Source: a phage. From it: 64,000 bases of DNA. The notes under the pieces were generated by a model. It was not told where the DNA came from. It was given only the letters and a program-made list of their open reading frames with translations, and ran no database searches. The stretch lies in sequence record PX068456.1; one strand, given 5' to 3'. Positions 27,316-38,059 of this stretch are shown here, piece by piece (position 1 is the first letter of the stretch; every line of letters starts with the position of its first letter). Position numbers and translations under genes: made by a program.

Positions 27316-27717
27316 ATGACTACAGCACTGGATATTCAAATTGATGGTGATCACTACAAACGTATGCGTATGCAACCTTTGGAACTTGCATATCTAATTG
27401 GTGCAACTCCTTGTTTCACTAAGTTAGCTAAGTATGCTTGTCGAAACAAAGGTGATCGTGTGATCAACCTAAACAAAGCGATTCACGTTATTCATATTGA
27501 AAAAGAATTGAGTGATAAATATTACAATATGTTGTATGAAGCCTACCCTAACTTAAAAAATCCTGTAAAAATTGAGTTAGCTAATCAGCTAATTGATTTA
27601 TACACAGACGATGATCTTGTTCGTAAGGCTTTAAAAGCAATGTATAAAGGTAAGTATATTGAAGCAGCAGATGCTATTGAACAATTGAAGGAGAGTGTGG
27701 ATGGCTTCTCACGGTAA
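27316..27717 (+). CDS. hypothetical protein
   Basis: 133-aa ORF. Confidence 0.5.
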   Translation: MTTALDIQIDGDHYKRMRMQPLELAYLIGATPCFTKLAKYACRNKGDRVINLNKAIHVIHIEKELSDKYYNMLYEAYPNLKNPVKIELANQLIDLYTDDDLVRKALKAMYKGKYIEAADAIEQLKESVDGFSR

Positions 27718-27895
27718 ACAATACGGAGAGGGTGAAGTATATAAAATATACAATAAACGTGGAGATAAACTCCTATATACAATCACAATCCCAGAAAACA
27801 TGTGTAAGGCGGGTTTAGACCGTATGCTTTTCTTTAAATATAACATTCCACCTGGAGATTATGTAGCTAAAAAGGTGAGCACTATTGGAAAATAA
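27701..27895 (+). CDS. hypothetical protein
   Basis: start set to the ATG after aaggagag (MASHGKQYG...). Confidence 0.45.
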   Translation: MASHGKQYGEGEVYKIYNKRGDKLLYTITIPENMCKAGLDRMLFFKYNIPPGDYVAKKVSTIGK

Positions 27896-28460
27896 AGAAC
27901 CTAAAGTTATTTGGGGAGATGGAACACCTTGGAAAACTCAAGCAGCCTTTTATACATATTTAAGGGGTTGCTTAAGGAAAGCATGGGTGAGACACCCGAA
28001 TAAGATAAAAAAGATCCAATCTGTACGATTTAAAGCCGATAGGTTGGATAAAGATGGCAATGTAGTTTTAGATAAGAAAACAGGCAAACCGAAACAGGTT
28101 TGGAATTGTCAATGTGAATTGTGTGGACATACAGGAGGTATGAAAGACTTTCAAGTAGACCATATTAATGCAGCAGGTACATTAACCTGTTATGAAGATA
28201 TCCCAAGTTTTGTTTTACGCCTATTGTATGTAACAGAAGACGACCTGCGTGTAGTTTGTAAGCAGTGTAACGCTATCCTAGCTTATGCTGACAAGCACGA
28301 TATGACATTCAGGGAAGCAAAAGCGGAGAAGGAAGCGATAGCTTTATGCCAGTCTAAAAAGGATAAAAATTGGCTAACGAAGCGCGGAATTTCACCAGAA
28401 AGTACAGTAAGTAAGCGAAGAAAACAAATAGTAAAAATTCTTCTTGACGAAGAGAAATAA
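27885..28460 (+). CDS. HNH homing endonuclease
   Basis: TTG start; CELCGH ... DHINAAG ... CKQCN HNH zinc-finger pattern. Confidence 0.6.
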   Translation: MENKEPKVIWGDGTPWKTQAAFYTYLRGCLRKAWVRHPNKIKKIQSVRFKADRLDKDGNVVLDKKTGKPKQVWNCQCELCGHTGGMKDFQVDHINAAGTLTCYEDIPSFVLRLLYVTEDDLRVVCKQCNAILAYADKHDMTFREAKAEKEAIALCQSKKDKNWLTKRGISPESTVSKRRKQIVKILLDEEK

Positions 28461-28471
28461 TAAAGTATTAT
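28444..28471 (+). promoter_or_regulatory. putative sigma70-like promoter upstream of tdk
   Basis: TTGACG, 16-bp spacer, TATTAT. Confidence 0.35.
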
Positions 28472-28505
28472 CGCTCCCACAAACGGGAGCGTTAGAGGAG
28501 AAAAT

Positions 28506-29069
28506 ATGGCTAAACTTTATTTCCGATATAGTCCGATGAACAGTGGTAAAAGCACACATCTTCTACAAACAGCTTGGAACTATAAAGAAAGAAATATGAA
28601 AGTTCTTCTTTTAACTTCAGCTTTAGATACCAGATCTGGTGGTGCTATTGCTTCTAGGATAGGTATTAAAGAGGAAGCAAAACCAGTTAAAACAAAAGAA
28701 GATATGCTGGAAATTTATACACAACTTAAAGAGAATCCAGTAGATGCAGTATTTGTGGACGAATCACAATTCCTAACTAAAGATATGGTTGACATTCTTG
28801 GAGATGTGGTAGATAATTACGATATTCCTGTATTCTGTTATGGACTTAAAACAGATTTTGCTACAGAATTGTTTGAAGGTTCTGAACGGTTATTAGCCAT
28901 AGCAGATTCCATTACAGAATTGAAAAGCATTTGTAAATGTGGAAGAAAAGCTATTTTCAATGCTAGACTTATCGACTCTAAAGAACAGATTGTTATTGGA
29001 GGAGAAGACATTTACGAAACAATGTGTAGAAAATGTTATAACAGGAGAAATAATGCGTCTAGTATGTGA
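28506..29069 (+). CDS. tdk: thymidine kinase
   Basis: P-loop SPMNSGKSTHLL and C-terminal zinc-ribbon cysteines, 187 aa. Confidence 0.85.
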   Translation: MAKLYFRYSPMNSGKSTHLLQTAWNYKERNMKVLLLTSALDTRSGGAIASRIGIKEEAKPVKTKEDMLEIYTQLKENPVDAVFVDESQFLTKDMVDILGDVVDNYDIPVFCYGLKTDFATELFEGSERLLAIADSITELKSICKCGRKAIFNARLIDSKEQIVIGGEDIYETMCRKCYNRRNNASSM

Positions 29070-29643
29070 TTGGGATTTAGTAATAGCTCCAGCGGATATA
29101 GAATGGTTAAATTGGTTAAATGCGGTAAGTAGATCTAATATCAAATTTGATAAGACACATAAAACTGTGCACTATGATATTACGAAATATTTCCCTGATT
29201 TTAAAAAGCAATTTGGTGTAGATCCTTACTCTTTTTGGGATAACCAACATCTATATGATACTATGGGAGTAGTACCTAATAGTACAGATGTTGTTCATCG
29301 TATAATTGCAAATGGAGCTAATATATCTATAGCGAGCCACACTAAGGGTGGACACCTTAGTTCTAAATATAGACACGTAACACGATCTTTAGATAAAGTG
29401 GATTTTAGTAGAACATCTGGTAATGGCTTTTTCGCAACAAAAGAAAAATACTTATTACCTTGCGATGTAACTATTGACGATAGGGCTGAAAATCTTGTCC
29501 TGTTTCCAGATGAAACGTTGAAAATATATTTCAACACTATTTACGAAGATCCATATTTGGAAGAGTTAAAGAAACTTCCTAATGTAATTATCACTGGTTT
29601 AGATAATCAGTGGGAAGAAATTGAAAGTATTTTACTACCTTAA
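29053..29643 (+). CDS. putative 5'(3')-deoxyribonucleotidase (HAD/NT5C-like)
   Basis: start at the ATG after aggag (MRLVCDWDLVIA) giving a DxDxV motif; overlaps the tdk 3' end. Confidence 0.5.
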   Translation: MRLVCDWDLVIAPADIEWLNWLNAVSRSNIKFDKTHKTVHYDITKYFPDFKKQFGVDPYSFWDNQHLYDTMGVVPNSTDVVHRIIANGANISIASHTKGGHLSSKYRHVTRSLDKVDFSRTSGNGFFATKEKYLLPCDVTIDDRAENLVLFPDETLKIYFNTIYEDPYLEELKKLPNVIITGLDNQWEEIESILLP

Positions 29644-29652
29644 GGAGAAATA

Positions 29653-30624
29653 ATGACAAATTCTATTTCAGCAAAAATTATTGCACACTCTCAAACATCC
29701 GAAGGTAAGGATATTGTTACCTTTGAACTTGAATATCCTCGAATCATTCACTCTGAATTGATGACGCATCGTTTGTTTTCTCGTAATGCCGCATCAAGTC
29801 GAGCTATCCCTGTTAAAACTCTGATTGAAATGGTACGGCAATCTCCAGCACGTCCTTATCGTTTTGGTGCTAACCAACCAGGTATGCAAGATAAAGGCAC
29901 AGATCACGATGCCCTGATTGATGCAGGTTACACTGCAAAAGAATGGTGGGACTTGGCTGCGCTAAGTGCTGCACGTTTTGCAGAAGAGTTTGCCCTTGCT
30001 GGGTATCATAAACAGGTTGCAAACCGCCTACTAGAACCATTTCAGCGTATGAAGACTGTAGTAACCACTACAGAGCTAGAAAACTTCTTGTGGTTGCGCG
30101 TAGATGCTGATGCAGATCCTACTATTGAGGCTCTTGCTAAAGAAATTAAAAAACTGTATGAATCTTCTGAACCATATCTTCTTTTCCCAGGGGAATGGCA
30201 TACACCTTACGTTAATCGTGATCGAGATCCAGAAACTGGTATGATCCGTTATTTCTTAGGTGAAACCTTCTCCAACGAGAAAATGTTGACAGAAGATGAA
30301 GCAAAAGCTATTTCAGCTTCTTGTTGCGCTCAGGTAAGTTATCGTAAGTTGAATGATACTAAAGATAAAGCATTGGATATCTATTCTCGTTTGCTGTCTG
30401 GACAAAAGGTACATGCATCTCCGTTTGAACACCAGGCAACGCCAATGAAAGAAATGGATTTGTCAGGATTAAAACAACAGAAAGGTGGTATTAATATTCC
30501 TCCGTTCCCTTCCTCTTGGGAAGAAGGTATTACACATATGGATCGTAAACATCGTTTGTGGAGTGGAAACTTCTGTGGTTGGATTCAACATCGTCAACTT
30601 TTGACGAACCATACAAAATGGTGA
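29653..30624 (+). CDS. thyX: flavin-dependent thymidylate synthase
   Basis: ThyX signature HSELMTHRLFSRNAASSRAIP (RHR...S). Confidence 0.85.
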   Translation: MTNSISAKIIAHSQTSEGKDIVTFELEYPRIIHSELMTHRLFSRNAASSRAIPVKTLIEMVRQSPARPYRFGANQPGMQDKGTDHDALIDAGYTAKEWWDLAALSAARFAEEFALAGYHKQVANRLLEPFQRMKTVVTTTELENFLWLRVDADADPTIEALAKEIKKLYESSEPYLLFPGEWHTPYVNRDRDPETGMIRYFLGETFSNEKMLTEDEAKAISASCCAQVSYRKLNDTKDKALDIYSRLLSGQKVHASPFEHQATPMKEMDLSGLKQQKGGINIPPFPSSWEEGITHMDRKHRLWSGNFCGWIQHRQLLTNHTKW

Positions 30625-30641
30625 TCAACTTAAAATTATAG

Positions 30642-30670
30642 TTGACTTTTAATTGAGATTCGTGTAGTAT
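30642..30670 (+). promoter_or_regulatory. putative sigma70-like promoter
   Basis: TTGACT, 17-bp spacer, TAGTAT; followed by hairpin ggagagctatgctctcc. Confidence 0.4.
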
Positions 30671-30721
30671 AGGCTAACGTTAGGAGAGCTATGCTCTCCT
30701 TAAAAGAGAGAAGGAGAATTT

Positions 30722-31132
30722 ATGTCACTAATTAATACAACCATTTGGGCGACCGTAAGTATGTCTACCATTAAGGCTACACCGATCTGGAAAGAAATGA
30801 CTAAAAAGCACGGAGGAAAAATTCCTCACGAGTATCATAACACTACATTGCGAGCAGCATTAGTAATGCTTGGTATGTCTACCGATGGACATTATACAGT
30901 AGAACGTGGTGTTAATATTCGTAGTAACAACAATCGACGTGTGGTGTTTGCAAATACTACATTGTATACTTTCCCAGTTCGACAAGACTATAAATATAAG
31001 CGAATCTATCAAGGTGTAGATATTTTGCACTTTGGAGAAGAAGATTTTACAGGTTGGGGTAGCTCTCATATCAAAATGGAAGACTTCGGAAATGAACATG
31101 ATCCATCACGAGATGATGATTCTGAATTCTAA
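30722..31132 (+). CDS. hypothetical protein
   Basis: 136-aa ORF with aaggagaatttATG. Confidence 0.5.
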   Translation: MSLINTTIWATVSMSTIKATPIWKEMTKKHGGKIPHEYHNTTLRAALVMLGMSTDGHYTVERGVNIRSNNNRRVVFANTTLYTFPVRQDYKYKRIYQGVDILHFGEEDFTGWGSSHIKMEDFGNEHDPSRDDDSEF

Positions 31133-31393
31133 TTGAGAGGCCAAATGACAGAAAGTAATAAATATGAAGGCTGTGAAATTGAAGTCTATTTTGATGAAAC
31201 ATTAGGTTGCAATGTAACAGTTATCCTTGATACATCTAAAAGATTATCCCCAAAAAGACAAGAAGCAGACCGCAAAGCAAAGGCAAAAGGTTTTGAAGGT
31301 ATAGATCATTTTGAAGGTTTTCTATACGCAAATGGCTTATATAATGAGATGCGTGGCGGTTATGATGTAGATGTTCTAAACATGCACAATTAA
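31133..31393 (+). CDS. hypothetical protein
   Basis: 86-aa ORF. Confidence 0.5.
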   Translation: MRGQMTESNKYEGCEIEVYFDETLGCNVTVILDTSKRLSPKRQEADRKAKAKGFEGIDHFEGFLYANGLYNEMRGGYDVDVLNMHN

Positions 31394-31404
31394 TAGGAGA
31401 GGAA

Positions 31405-33666
31405 GTGACTCAGTATCTAAGCAAATCTATCCGTTATGTAACAAAAACAAACGGCAAGAAAGAAGAATTTAATCCAGAAAAACTTCGTAAATGGTCAGAG
31501 TTTGCTGCTGGTAAATTAAATTGGTCTGAAATTGAACTTGAAGCTGTTAAACGTTGTTACGACGGTGTGCCTACTCGTGATTTACATAAAGCTATGATAG
31601 CAGCATGTATTGATAAGAAAGATCAGGCATATAGTGATATGGCAGGTCGGTTACTTCTTGGTATGATTTATAAACAGGCTCATGGGGGATATCACAATAT
31701 CCCCTCCCTCCTGGATTTCTACAATATGTCTGTAAGTAAAGGCTATTGGGGAAAAATGGATTATACAGAAGAAGAAATTATTGAGATTGGTAAAATTGTC
31801 AATCACGATAAAAACCTAACTTATGGTTATTCCGTACTGCGCCAGATGGTTGATAAGTATCTTGTGAAAGATGCGATCAATGATGTTGTTTTTGAATCAC
31901 CACAGTTTTTATTCATTGGTGTAGCAATGAAGGTAATGGAAATCCAACCAAAAGATCGCAGAGTAGAAGACATTAAACGTCTATATACCTACGTAAGTGA
32001 TCTTAAGATTAATTTACCATCGCCTTATTTAACAACTTTGCGTACTAAGATTAAAGGTAGTGCTTCTTGTTGTCTGTTTAGAGCAGATGATACAGCAGAA
32101 TCTTTAGCAATTGCTAACTATCTTGCGCATGAATATACATTGAATAATGCAGGTATTGGTGTTAACCTCCAAACCCGTGCTACAGGACAAGGTGTTAAGA
32201 ACAACCGTATCGTTCACGGTGGTCTTTTACCATATCTGAAATGGATGGAAACAAGTGTTGGAGCATCAAAACAAGCAAGTCGTGGTGGAAGTGCAACAGT
32301 AACGTTCACAATATTAGAACCTGATTTTGAAGATCTGGTACGTTTGAAAAACCCAACTACTGTTAGTGAAAAACGAGTAGATAAACTTGATTACTCTATC
32401 GTAGTAAACAATGCTTTCCTGCGCCGTGCAGCAAAAGGTAAAGATTGGATGCTAGTTAGTTATGACGAAGCACCAGAACTCTATGAGGCGCTTTATAAAA
32501 GCGAGGAAGAGTTTGAAGAAGTATATGAAAAAGTTAGTCGCAAACGAATTAAGAAAAAGTTTGTAAAAGCACGAGATCTTCTGGCAGAAATTATTACACA
32601 AAGAGCAGAGACAGGACGTATTTATATGTTCTTTGCGGATAATGCTAATAAGCATACTCCGTTTAAGGATGTTATTTATCAGTCAAACTTGTGCCAAGAA
32701 ATTTTCTTACCTACGAAAGCATTTCACAATATGACTGATCTTTTCACAGGTGAGAATACAGAAGATCAAGAATTGGCATTATGCTTCCTGTCTTCTATTG
32801 TAGCTGGTCGTGTTACACCAGAAGAATATGAAGATGTTGCATATTATACAGTTCTAACTATTGATAATGTTATTGAAACAATGCAGTATCCGTTTAAACA
32901 TAACGAAATAACTGCTAAAGCACGTAGGTCTATCGGTGTAGGTATTACAAACCTTGCACATTATCTGGCAAGTAATTTTGTTACTTATTCAGATCCTTAC
33001 GGCAAAAAACTAATTCACGAATTAGCAGAAAGGCATTATTACTGGTTAGCAAGAGCTTCTCTTCGTTTGGCAAAAGAGAAGGGTAATGCAGAATGGATGC
33101 ATAAAACCAAATGGCCTGAAGGATGGTTGCCTATTGACACCTACGCTAAAGCTGTAGACGATATTGGCAATTTTAAACTTAAAATGGATTGGGAAGGTTT
33201 ACGACAAGATATCATTGCACAAGGCGGTATCCGAAATAGTGTATTAGCAGCTATTGCTCCGAATGAGTCCAGTAGTCTTGTAAGTAATACGACTAACTCT
33301 GTGTATCCTGTACGTGATACTATAGTTTATAAACAAAGCCAAAAAGGTAATGTCCTGTTTATTGTGCCAGACTATGATAAACTAAAAGATATTTACCAAT
33401 CGGCTTGGGATACGCCAGATAAAGATATGGCTGAAGCATATGGATTATTGACTAAATTCTTAGATCAAGGTGCATCATGTGATAAGTGGATTGACTATTC
33501 TAAGATGGAAGGTGGTCGTTTATCCATTAAATCAGAAATGCAATATATCCTTCAGTTTGCAAAACTTGGTGGTAAATCTTTGTACTATCTAAATAGTAGA
33601 ACAAAATCGGCAACCTCACTCGCTCAAGAAGATGAAGAATCTGGTTGTGAGGCTTGTAAGATGTAA
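31405..33666 (+). CDS. nrdA: ribonucleoside-diphosphate reductase alpha subunit (class I)
   Basis: GTG start after aggagagg; 753 aa with ATP-cone N-terminus and C-terminal CEACKM tail. Confidence 0.9.
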   Translation: MTQYLSKSIRYVTKTNGKKEEFNPEKLRKWSEFAAGKLNWSEIELEAVKRCYDGVPTRDLHKAMIAACIDKKDQAYSDMAGRLLLGMIYKQAHGGYHNIPSLLDFYNMSVSKGYWGKMDYTEEEIIEIGKIVNHDKNLTYGYSVLRQMVDKYLVKDAINDVVFESPQFLFIGVAMKVMEIQPKDRRVEDIKRLYTYVSDLKINLPSPYLTTLRTKIKGSASCCLFRADDTAESLAIANYLAHEYTLNNAGIGVNLQTRATGQGVKNNRIVHGGLLPYLKWMETSVGASKQASRGGSATVTFTILEPDFEDLVRLKNPTTVSEKRVDKLDYSIVVNNAFLRRAAKGKDWMLVSYDEAPELYEALYKSEEEFEEVYEKVSRKRIKKKFVKARDLLAEIITQRAETGRIYMFFADNANKHTPFKDVIYQSNLCQEIFLPTKAFHNMTDLFTGENTEDQELALCFLSSIVAGRVTPEEYEDVAYYTVLTIDNVIETMQYPFKHNEITAKARRSIGVGITNLAHYLASNFVTYSDPYGKKLIHELAERHYYWLARASLRLAKEKGNAEWMHKTKWPEGWLPIDTYAKAVDDIGNFKLKMDWEGLRQDIIAQGGIRNSVLAAIAPNESSSLVSNTTNSVYPVRDTIVYKQSQKGNVLFIVPDYDKLKDIYQSAWDTPDKDMAEAYGLLTKFLDQGASCDKWIDYSKMEGGRLSIKSEMQYILQFAKLGGKSLYYLNSRTKSATSLAQEDEESGCEACKM

Positions 33667-33671
33667 TGAAA

Positions 33672-33696
33672 CTAGGGGGCTTTGTCCCCCTTTCTT
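33672..33696 (+). terminator. hairpin terminator or attenuator between nrdA and nrdB
   Basis: gggggctttgtccccc followed by ttt. Confidence 0.5.
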
Positions 33697-33706
33697 AAGG
33701 AGGAAT

Positions 33707-34042
33707 ATGCCTACATTAGTTGTATTACCTGGGGCAACACCACAAAGACGTTGGGGAAATTATACACTGGTAGATAGTAAAGATTTTACATTCGATTGGT
33801 GTTGCCATTATATTGCAGGTTTTCAATTTTCCAGTGTTGAAATATGGGCTTCCAATGATCCAGAAGCTACCTGGTATGCTTTAACCAGGGCAAGATATGA
33901 TGGAGAGGTTACTGTACTACTCACAAAGAGTGTATGGAACGCATTAGAGAAGGCTTACATAGAGAATGGTATGGAGAGAAAACACATTGATACAATAAAA
34001 GCAATGTGTGATATTGTGGAGGATTTAAATGGCAGCAATTAA
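33707..34042 (+). CDS. hypothetical protein between nrdA and nrdB
   Basis: start set to the ATG after aaggagg (MPTLVVLPG...). Confidence 0.5.
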   Translation: MPTLVVLPGATPQRRWGNYTLVDSKDFTFDWCCHYIAGFQFSSVEIWASNDPEATWYALTRARYDGEVTVLLTKSVWNALEKAYIENGMERKHIDTIKAMCDIVEDLNGSN

Positions 34043-35114
34043 TTTATACAACGACACTTACAAAGAAGGTTTCTATCCTGTATTTTTGGGAGAACAGTTA
34101 GGTATTTTTGATTCTATTAATGTAACATACCCAGAAATGCATCGTCTGTATAAACTACAAAAACAGCAAGATTGGGATGAAAACGAAGTAGACTTAGATC
34201 AGACACGAAAAGATTTCGTAGCTTGTTCTAAAAGCAACTACGATGTTATGATCAAAAACCTATCTTTCCAATGGGAAAATGATTCACTTGCTAAATCAAT
34301 TATCACTTTGTTTGCACCATTTTTAAGCAACAACGAAGCATGTGCAATGATGATGAAGCAATCAGAAATGGAAGTTTTACACGCTTTGACATATTCTGAA
34401 ATTATTCGTCAGTGTATCCCTAATCCAAATGAAGTTATCGATCAGATTATGGAGAACGAAAGAATCTTCCAGAGGATGGGTATAGTTGAAGAGGTAATGA
34501 GTGATCTGGCAGAGGCAGGACATAAATATGCTCTAGGTCTGATCGAGAAGGATGATAACCTTCGTCTACTGATCCTGAAAGGAATGATTGCACTTATCGG
34601 TCTGGAAGGCATTCAATTCATATCCTCTTTTGCTGCAACATTTGCCTTAGCAGAGCAGCAACTGTTTGTAGGTGCAGCTAAACTCATTCAAAAAATTATG
34701 TTGGATGAACTATTGCACGTTAAAATGGATTATGCTATTATTGATGCACTGCTGAAAGATCCTGTTTGGAGAAAAGTATACGAAGATAATATCGACGTTC
34801 TGACAGAAATTCTTGACACGGTAGTTGGACAAGAGGAAGATTGGTGTGACTATCTGTTTAGTGAAGGAAGGGTTATCGTTGGTGGTAACGCAGAGTTGTT
34901 CAAACTTTGGGTTTACTTTAATGCTGCACCTATCTATCGCAGACTGAAAATGAAACACAAATTCCGTGCACCGAAGAAAAGTCCACTGCCTTGGATGGAT
35001 GTTTGGTTAAATCCAGATCAAATTCAAGCAGCAGCACAGGAGATCCAAATTACAGCTTACAAACTGAATTCAGCAAATAAAGATGTAAGTGATGACGAGG
35101 AGTTAGACTTTTAA
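34029..35114 (+). CDS. nrdB: ribonucleoside-diphosphate reductase beta subunit
   Basis: 361 aa, ferritin-like di-iron ligand pattern, follows nrdA. Confidence 0.85.
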   Translation: MAAINLYNDTYKEGFYPVFLGEQLGIFDSINVTYPEMHRLYKLQKQQDWDENEVDLDQTRKDFVACSKSNYDVMIKNLSFQWENDSLAKSIITLFAPFLSNNEACAMMMKQSEMEVLHALTYSEIIRQCIPNPNEVIDQIMENERIFQRMGIVEEVMSDLAEAGHKYALGLIEKDDNLRLLILKGMIALIGLEGIQFISSFAATFALAEQQLFVGAAKLIQKIMLDELLHVKMDYAIIDALLKDPVWRKVYEDNIDVLTEILDTVVGQEEDWCDYLFSEGRVIVGGNAELFKLWVYFNAAPIYRRLKMKHKFRAPKKSPLPWMDVWLNPDQIQAAAQEIQITAYKLNSANKDVSDDEELDF

Positions 35115-35332
35115 TGAAACTACTTTGTGTTGGATTAATTTCTGACTTCAAAGACGTTTTCGAAAAGGGAGCCTCTTACGAGGCTTCCGAATTACAGAAT
35201 GGTTTCTGTGATGTTTACGGGAAACGTTTAAAAAAGAATGGTGATCATTGGCTAGGAGTTATGTCTTGCGGTCATATTATAGTTAATGGTGTAGCCAAGT
35301 TTGAAATTATCAAAGGAGAAAAAGATGATTGA
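35114..35332 (+). CDS. hypothetical protein
   Basis: 72-aa ORF, ATGA overlap with nrdB. Confidence 0.45.
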   Translation: MKLLCVGLISDFKDVFEKGASYEASELQNGFCDVYGKRLKKNGDHWLGVMSCGHIIVNGVAKFEIIKGEKDD

Positions 35333-35507
35333 TTTTGCTGATGTAGATATTAATTCTGACTTAACAGAAGATGAAGGTGGCGCTTTTGTGTGTTCAGATG
35401 GAGAAAAATGTTTTACTCTGATGGTAGAAACTTATGATGGTATCACAGAAATTCTGTTAACAGAGAATGAGTTAAAACAGATGTTAGAAAAGATTGAGGA
35501 GCTTTAA
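35325..35507 (+). CDS. hypothetical acidic protein
   Basis: start at the ATG after aaggagaaaaag. Confidence 0.45.
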   Translation: MIDFADVDINSDLTEDEGGAFVCSDGEKCFTLMVETYDGITEILLTENELKQMLEKIEEL

Positions 35508-35509
35508 TA

Positions 35510-35656
35510 ATGGATGATGTAAGTATTTGTCCTGTCTGTGGTGGCACTGGGAATTTTATTGTTAGTATGGAACAATTTATTCCTTGTTGGAATTGTAACG
35601 GTTTAGGTTTCGTTCATACGGAAGAAAAAGAAGAGGAGGAAGATAATGGGAACTAA
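35510..35656 (+). CDS. small CxxC...CxxC zinc-ribbon protein (48 aa, not in the ORF track)
   Basis: MDDVSICPVCGG...CWNCNG; overlaps the next ORF by 11 nt. Confidence 0.35.
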   Translation: MDDVSICPVCGGTGNFIVSMEQFIPCWNCNGLGFVHTEEKEEEEDNGN

Positions 35657-35972
35657 TATTGAATGGCGTATGTTACAGGGTGCGCCTTTTAATAAATGGG
35701 AAGAGGCTGTAGGAGAAGATCCTAGAATTGAAGAAGAATTTGATGGAGATTTTAACTGGTTCTTACAAGAAGGTCTTGATTTAAGTCGTATCTCTCCTTT
35801 CTATGACGCTGATGCATCTTATTGCATATATGGGATTTATTTAAAAGGTGGCGAAGGAAGTGTAGCTGTAGATCTTGAGCAACTAAATAAGAATGCAAAA
35901 GAAGTCTATGCACAACTTCTTGAAAAATATAACATTGAAACGGAAACTATTATTTCTCAACACGTTTGGTAA
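35646..35972 (+). CDS. hypothetical protein
   Basis: 108-aa ORF. Confidence 0.45.
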   Translation: MGTNIEWRMLQGAPFNKWEEAVGEDPRIEEEFDGDFNWFLQEGLDLSRISPFYDADASYCIYGIYLKGGEGSVAVDLEQLNKNAKEVYAQLLEKYNIETETIISQHVW

Positions 35973-35985
35973 GGAGGATAGTAGA

Positions 35986-36183
35986 ATGATGCTAGATCAA
36001 CTGATCAATGCTCCTCGCGTAACAGTAAGTCCAAAAACATTTGCATCACTTTTAGAAGATGCTAAAGAGGTTTATAACTTTACTGAAGAAGAGCTTCCTG
36101 TTCCTGTTGAAAAAGGTTCCAGATGGTTGTTTTATGAAGGTATTATTTTTACCGAAGGGAATAATTGGAAGGAGACTAAATGA
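35986..36183 (+). CDS. hypothetical protein
   Basis: start at the ATG after aaggagg (MMLDQLINAP...). Confidence 0.45.
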   Translation: MMLDQLINAPRVTVSPKTFASLLEDAKEVYNFTEEELPVPVEKGSRWLFYEGIIFTEGNNWKETK

Positions 36184-37169
36184 AATACTTAGTAACAGGT
36201 GGTTTAGGCTTTATTGGAAGTGCGGTAGTTCGTTTCCTGGCTAAAAATACTAAGAATGATATTTACGTTATAGATAAATGGGGTTACGCTTCAGATCCTA
36301 GAAATTTATCAGAAACACCCAATGTAAAGTTTTGTCGTGTTGACTTGACAAATGCGCAGTTAACTGCTAAGATTGTGGCAGATGTTAATCCAGATTATAT
36401 AATGCATCTTGCAGCAGAAAGTCACGTAGATAATTCAATAGCATCACCGAGTGTTTTTATAAATTCAAATATTGTTGGGACATTTAATCTCCTAGAAGCT
36501 GTTCGTTTAATGGGAGATAAATCAAATCTTAAAATGTTCCATCATATTTCAACAGATGAAGTATATGGTGATATGGAAGAAGGGGATTATCCGTTTACAG
36601 AACAGAATCCTTATAAGCCAAGTAGTCCATATGCTGCATCTAAGGCAGCAAGCGATCATTTGGTAAGAGCGTGGCATCGTACTTATGGTATTCCGACAGT
36701 TATAACAAATTGTTCAAATAATTTTGGAGCATATCATCATCCAGAAAAACTAATACCTAAAACGATAACAAATATCTTGATGCATAAACCAATCCCTGTT
36801 TATGGTAATGGTCTTCAAGTAAGAGACTGGTTATACGTTGACGATCACGCAGAAGCATTACACCTAGTAGTAACTAAAGGCAAATCTGGAGAAACATATA
36901 ATATTGGGAGCAGAAACCCTAGAACTAATATTGATGTAATCTATATGATTTGTGATTATATGGATGCGGTGTATCCATCTGAAACAGATGCTTGTAGCCT
37001 CATTGAGATGGTTACAGATAGACCTGGGCATGATTTAAGATACGAAGTGAATCCTTATAAGATTGAAAAGGAATTAGGGTGGAAAGCTAAAGGCACATTT
37101 GAAGAAAAACTTTATTCAACCATTGATTGGTATGTAGATAACAAAGAGTGGTGGGAAAATAAAGTTTAA
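36180..37169 (+). CDS. rmlB: dTDP-glucose 4,6-dehydratase
   Basis: N-terminal [10 protein letters not shown] Rossmann motif and YAASKAASD active-site motif. Confidence 0.85.
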   Translation: MKYLVTGGLGFIGSAVVRFLAKNTKNDIYVIDKWGYASDPRNLSETPNVKFCRVDLTNAQLTAKIVADVNPDYIMHLAAESHVDNSIASPSVFINSNIVGTFNLLEAVRLMGDKSNLKMFHHISTDEVYGDMEEGDYPFTEQNPYKPSSPYAASKAASDHLVRAWHRTYGIPTVITNCSNNFGAYHHPEKLIPKTITNILMHKPIPVYGNGLQVRDWLYVDDHAEALHLVVTKGKSGETYNIGSRNPRTNIDVIYMICDYMDAVYPSETDACSLIEMVTDRPGHDLRYEVNPYKIEKELGWKAKGTFEEKLYSTIDWYVDNKEWWENKV

Positions 37170-37177
37170 GGAGGAGT

Positions 37178-38047
37178 ATGAAAGGTATTATCTTAGCAGG
37201 TGGTAGTGGAACAAGACTTTACCCAGTTACTAAAGGGGTTAGTAAACAACTATTACCAATTTACGATAAACCTATGATTTATTATCCACTCTCTGTCCTA
37301 ATGCTTTCTGGAATTAGGGAAATACTAATAATTACAACACCAGAAGATCAAATTAATTTTGTAAATCTTCTAGGTGATGGTTCTTCTTTTGGTATTTCCC
37401 TACAGTATGCAATACAAGAAAGCCCGAAAGGTTTAGCAGAAGCGTTTATTATTGGTGAGAGCTTTATTGGCGAAGATTCTGTAGCACTTGTGCTAGGTGA
37501 TAATTTATTCTTTGGTCAGAGTTTTGGTAGCATTTTAGATTCTGCTAAAGAACATATTGAAAAGAATGGTGGAGCTAATATTTTTGGGTATCACGTAAAT
37601 GATCCTGAAAGATTTGGTGTTGTTGAGTTTGATTCTGAAGGTACAGTGGTGAGTATTGAAGAAAAACCAAAAACACCAAAAAGCAACTATGCAGTTACAG
37701 GCTTGTACTTTTACGATAATTCTGTTATACAGAAAGCTAAGAGCGTTAAACCTTCTGCTAGAGGGGAGTTAGAGATTACAGATATAAATGAGATGTACTG
37801 GAAAGAAAAGACTTTACGTGTCTGTAAACTAGGAAGAGGTTTCACTTGGCTGGATACAGGAACACATGAAAGTCTTATGGAAGCATCTCAATTTGTTCAT
37901 GCAATAGAAAAGCAACAAGGTATGAAGGTTGCATGCCTAGAAGAGATTGCTTTTAAAAATGAATGGATTACTTTAGACTCTGTAAAAAGTTCTGGAGAGG
38001 TTTTAAGTAAAACAGACTACGGTAAGTATTTACTTAAATTAAAATAA
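37178..38047 (+). CDS. rmlA: glucose-1-phosphate thymidylyltransferase
   Basis: N-terminal [16 protein letters not shown] signature. Confidence 0.9.
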   Translation: MKGIILAGGSGTRLYPVTKGVSKQLLPIYDKPMIYYPLSVLMLSGIREILIITTPEDQINFVNLLGDGSSFGISLQYAIQESPKGLAEAFIIGESFIGEDSVALVLGDNLFFGQSFGSILDSAKEHIEKNGGANIFGYHVNDPERFGVVEFDSEGTVVSIEEKPKTPKSNYAVTGLYFYDNSVIQKAKSVKPSARGELEITDINEMYWKEKTLRVCKLGRGFTWLDTGTHESLMEASQFVHAIEKQQGMKVACLEEIAFKNEWITLDSVKSSGEVLSKTDYGKYLLKLK

Positions 38048-38059
38048 AGGGGGAATTAA

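Noticed and set aside
22662-35000. Minus-strand ORFs inside the plus-strand block (for example 19431..19991, 22662..23024, 23353..23607, 23830..24150, 24203..24885, 26824..27184, 28893..29144, 29295..29537, 30860..31099, 32452..32655, 34710..34958)
   Set aside because: Antisense to plus-strand genes with recognisable domains and good translation signals; products are low-complexity.
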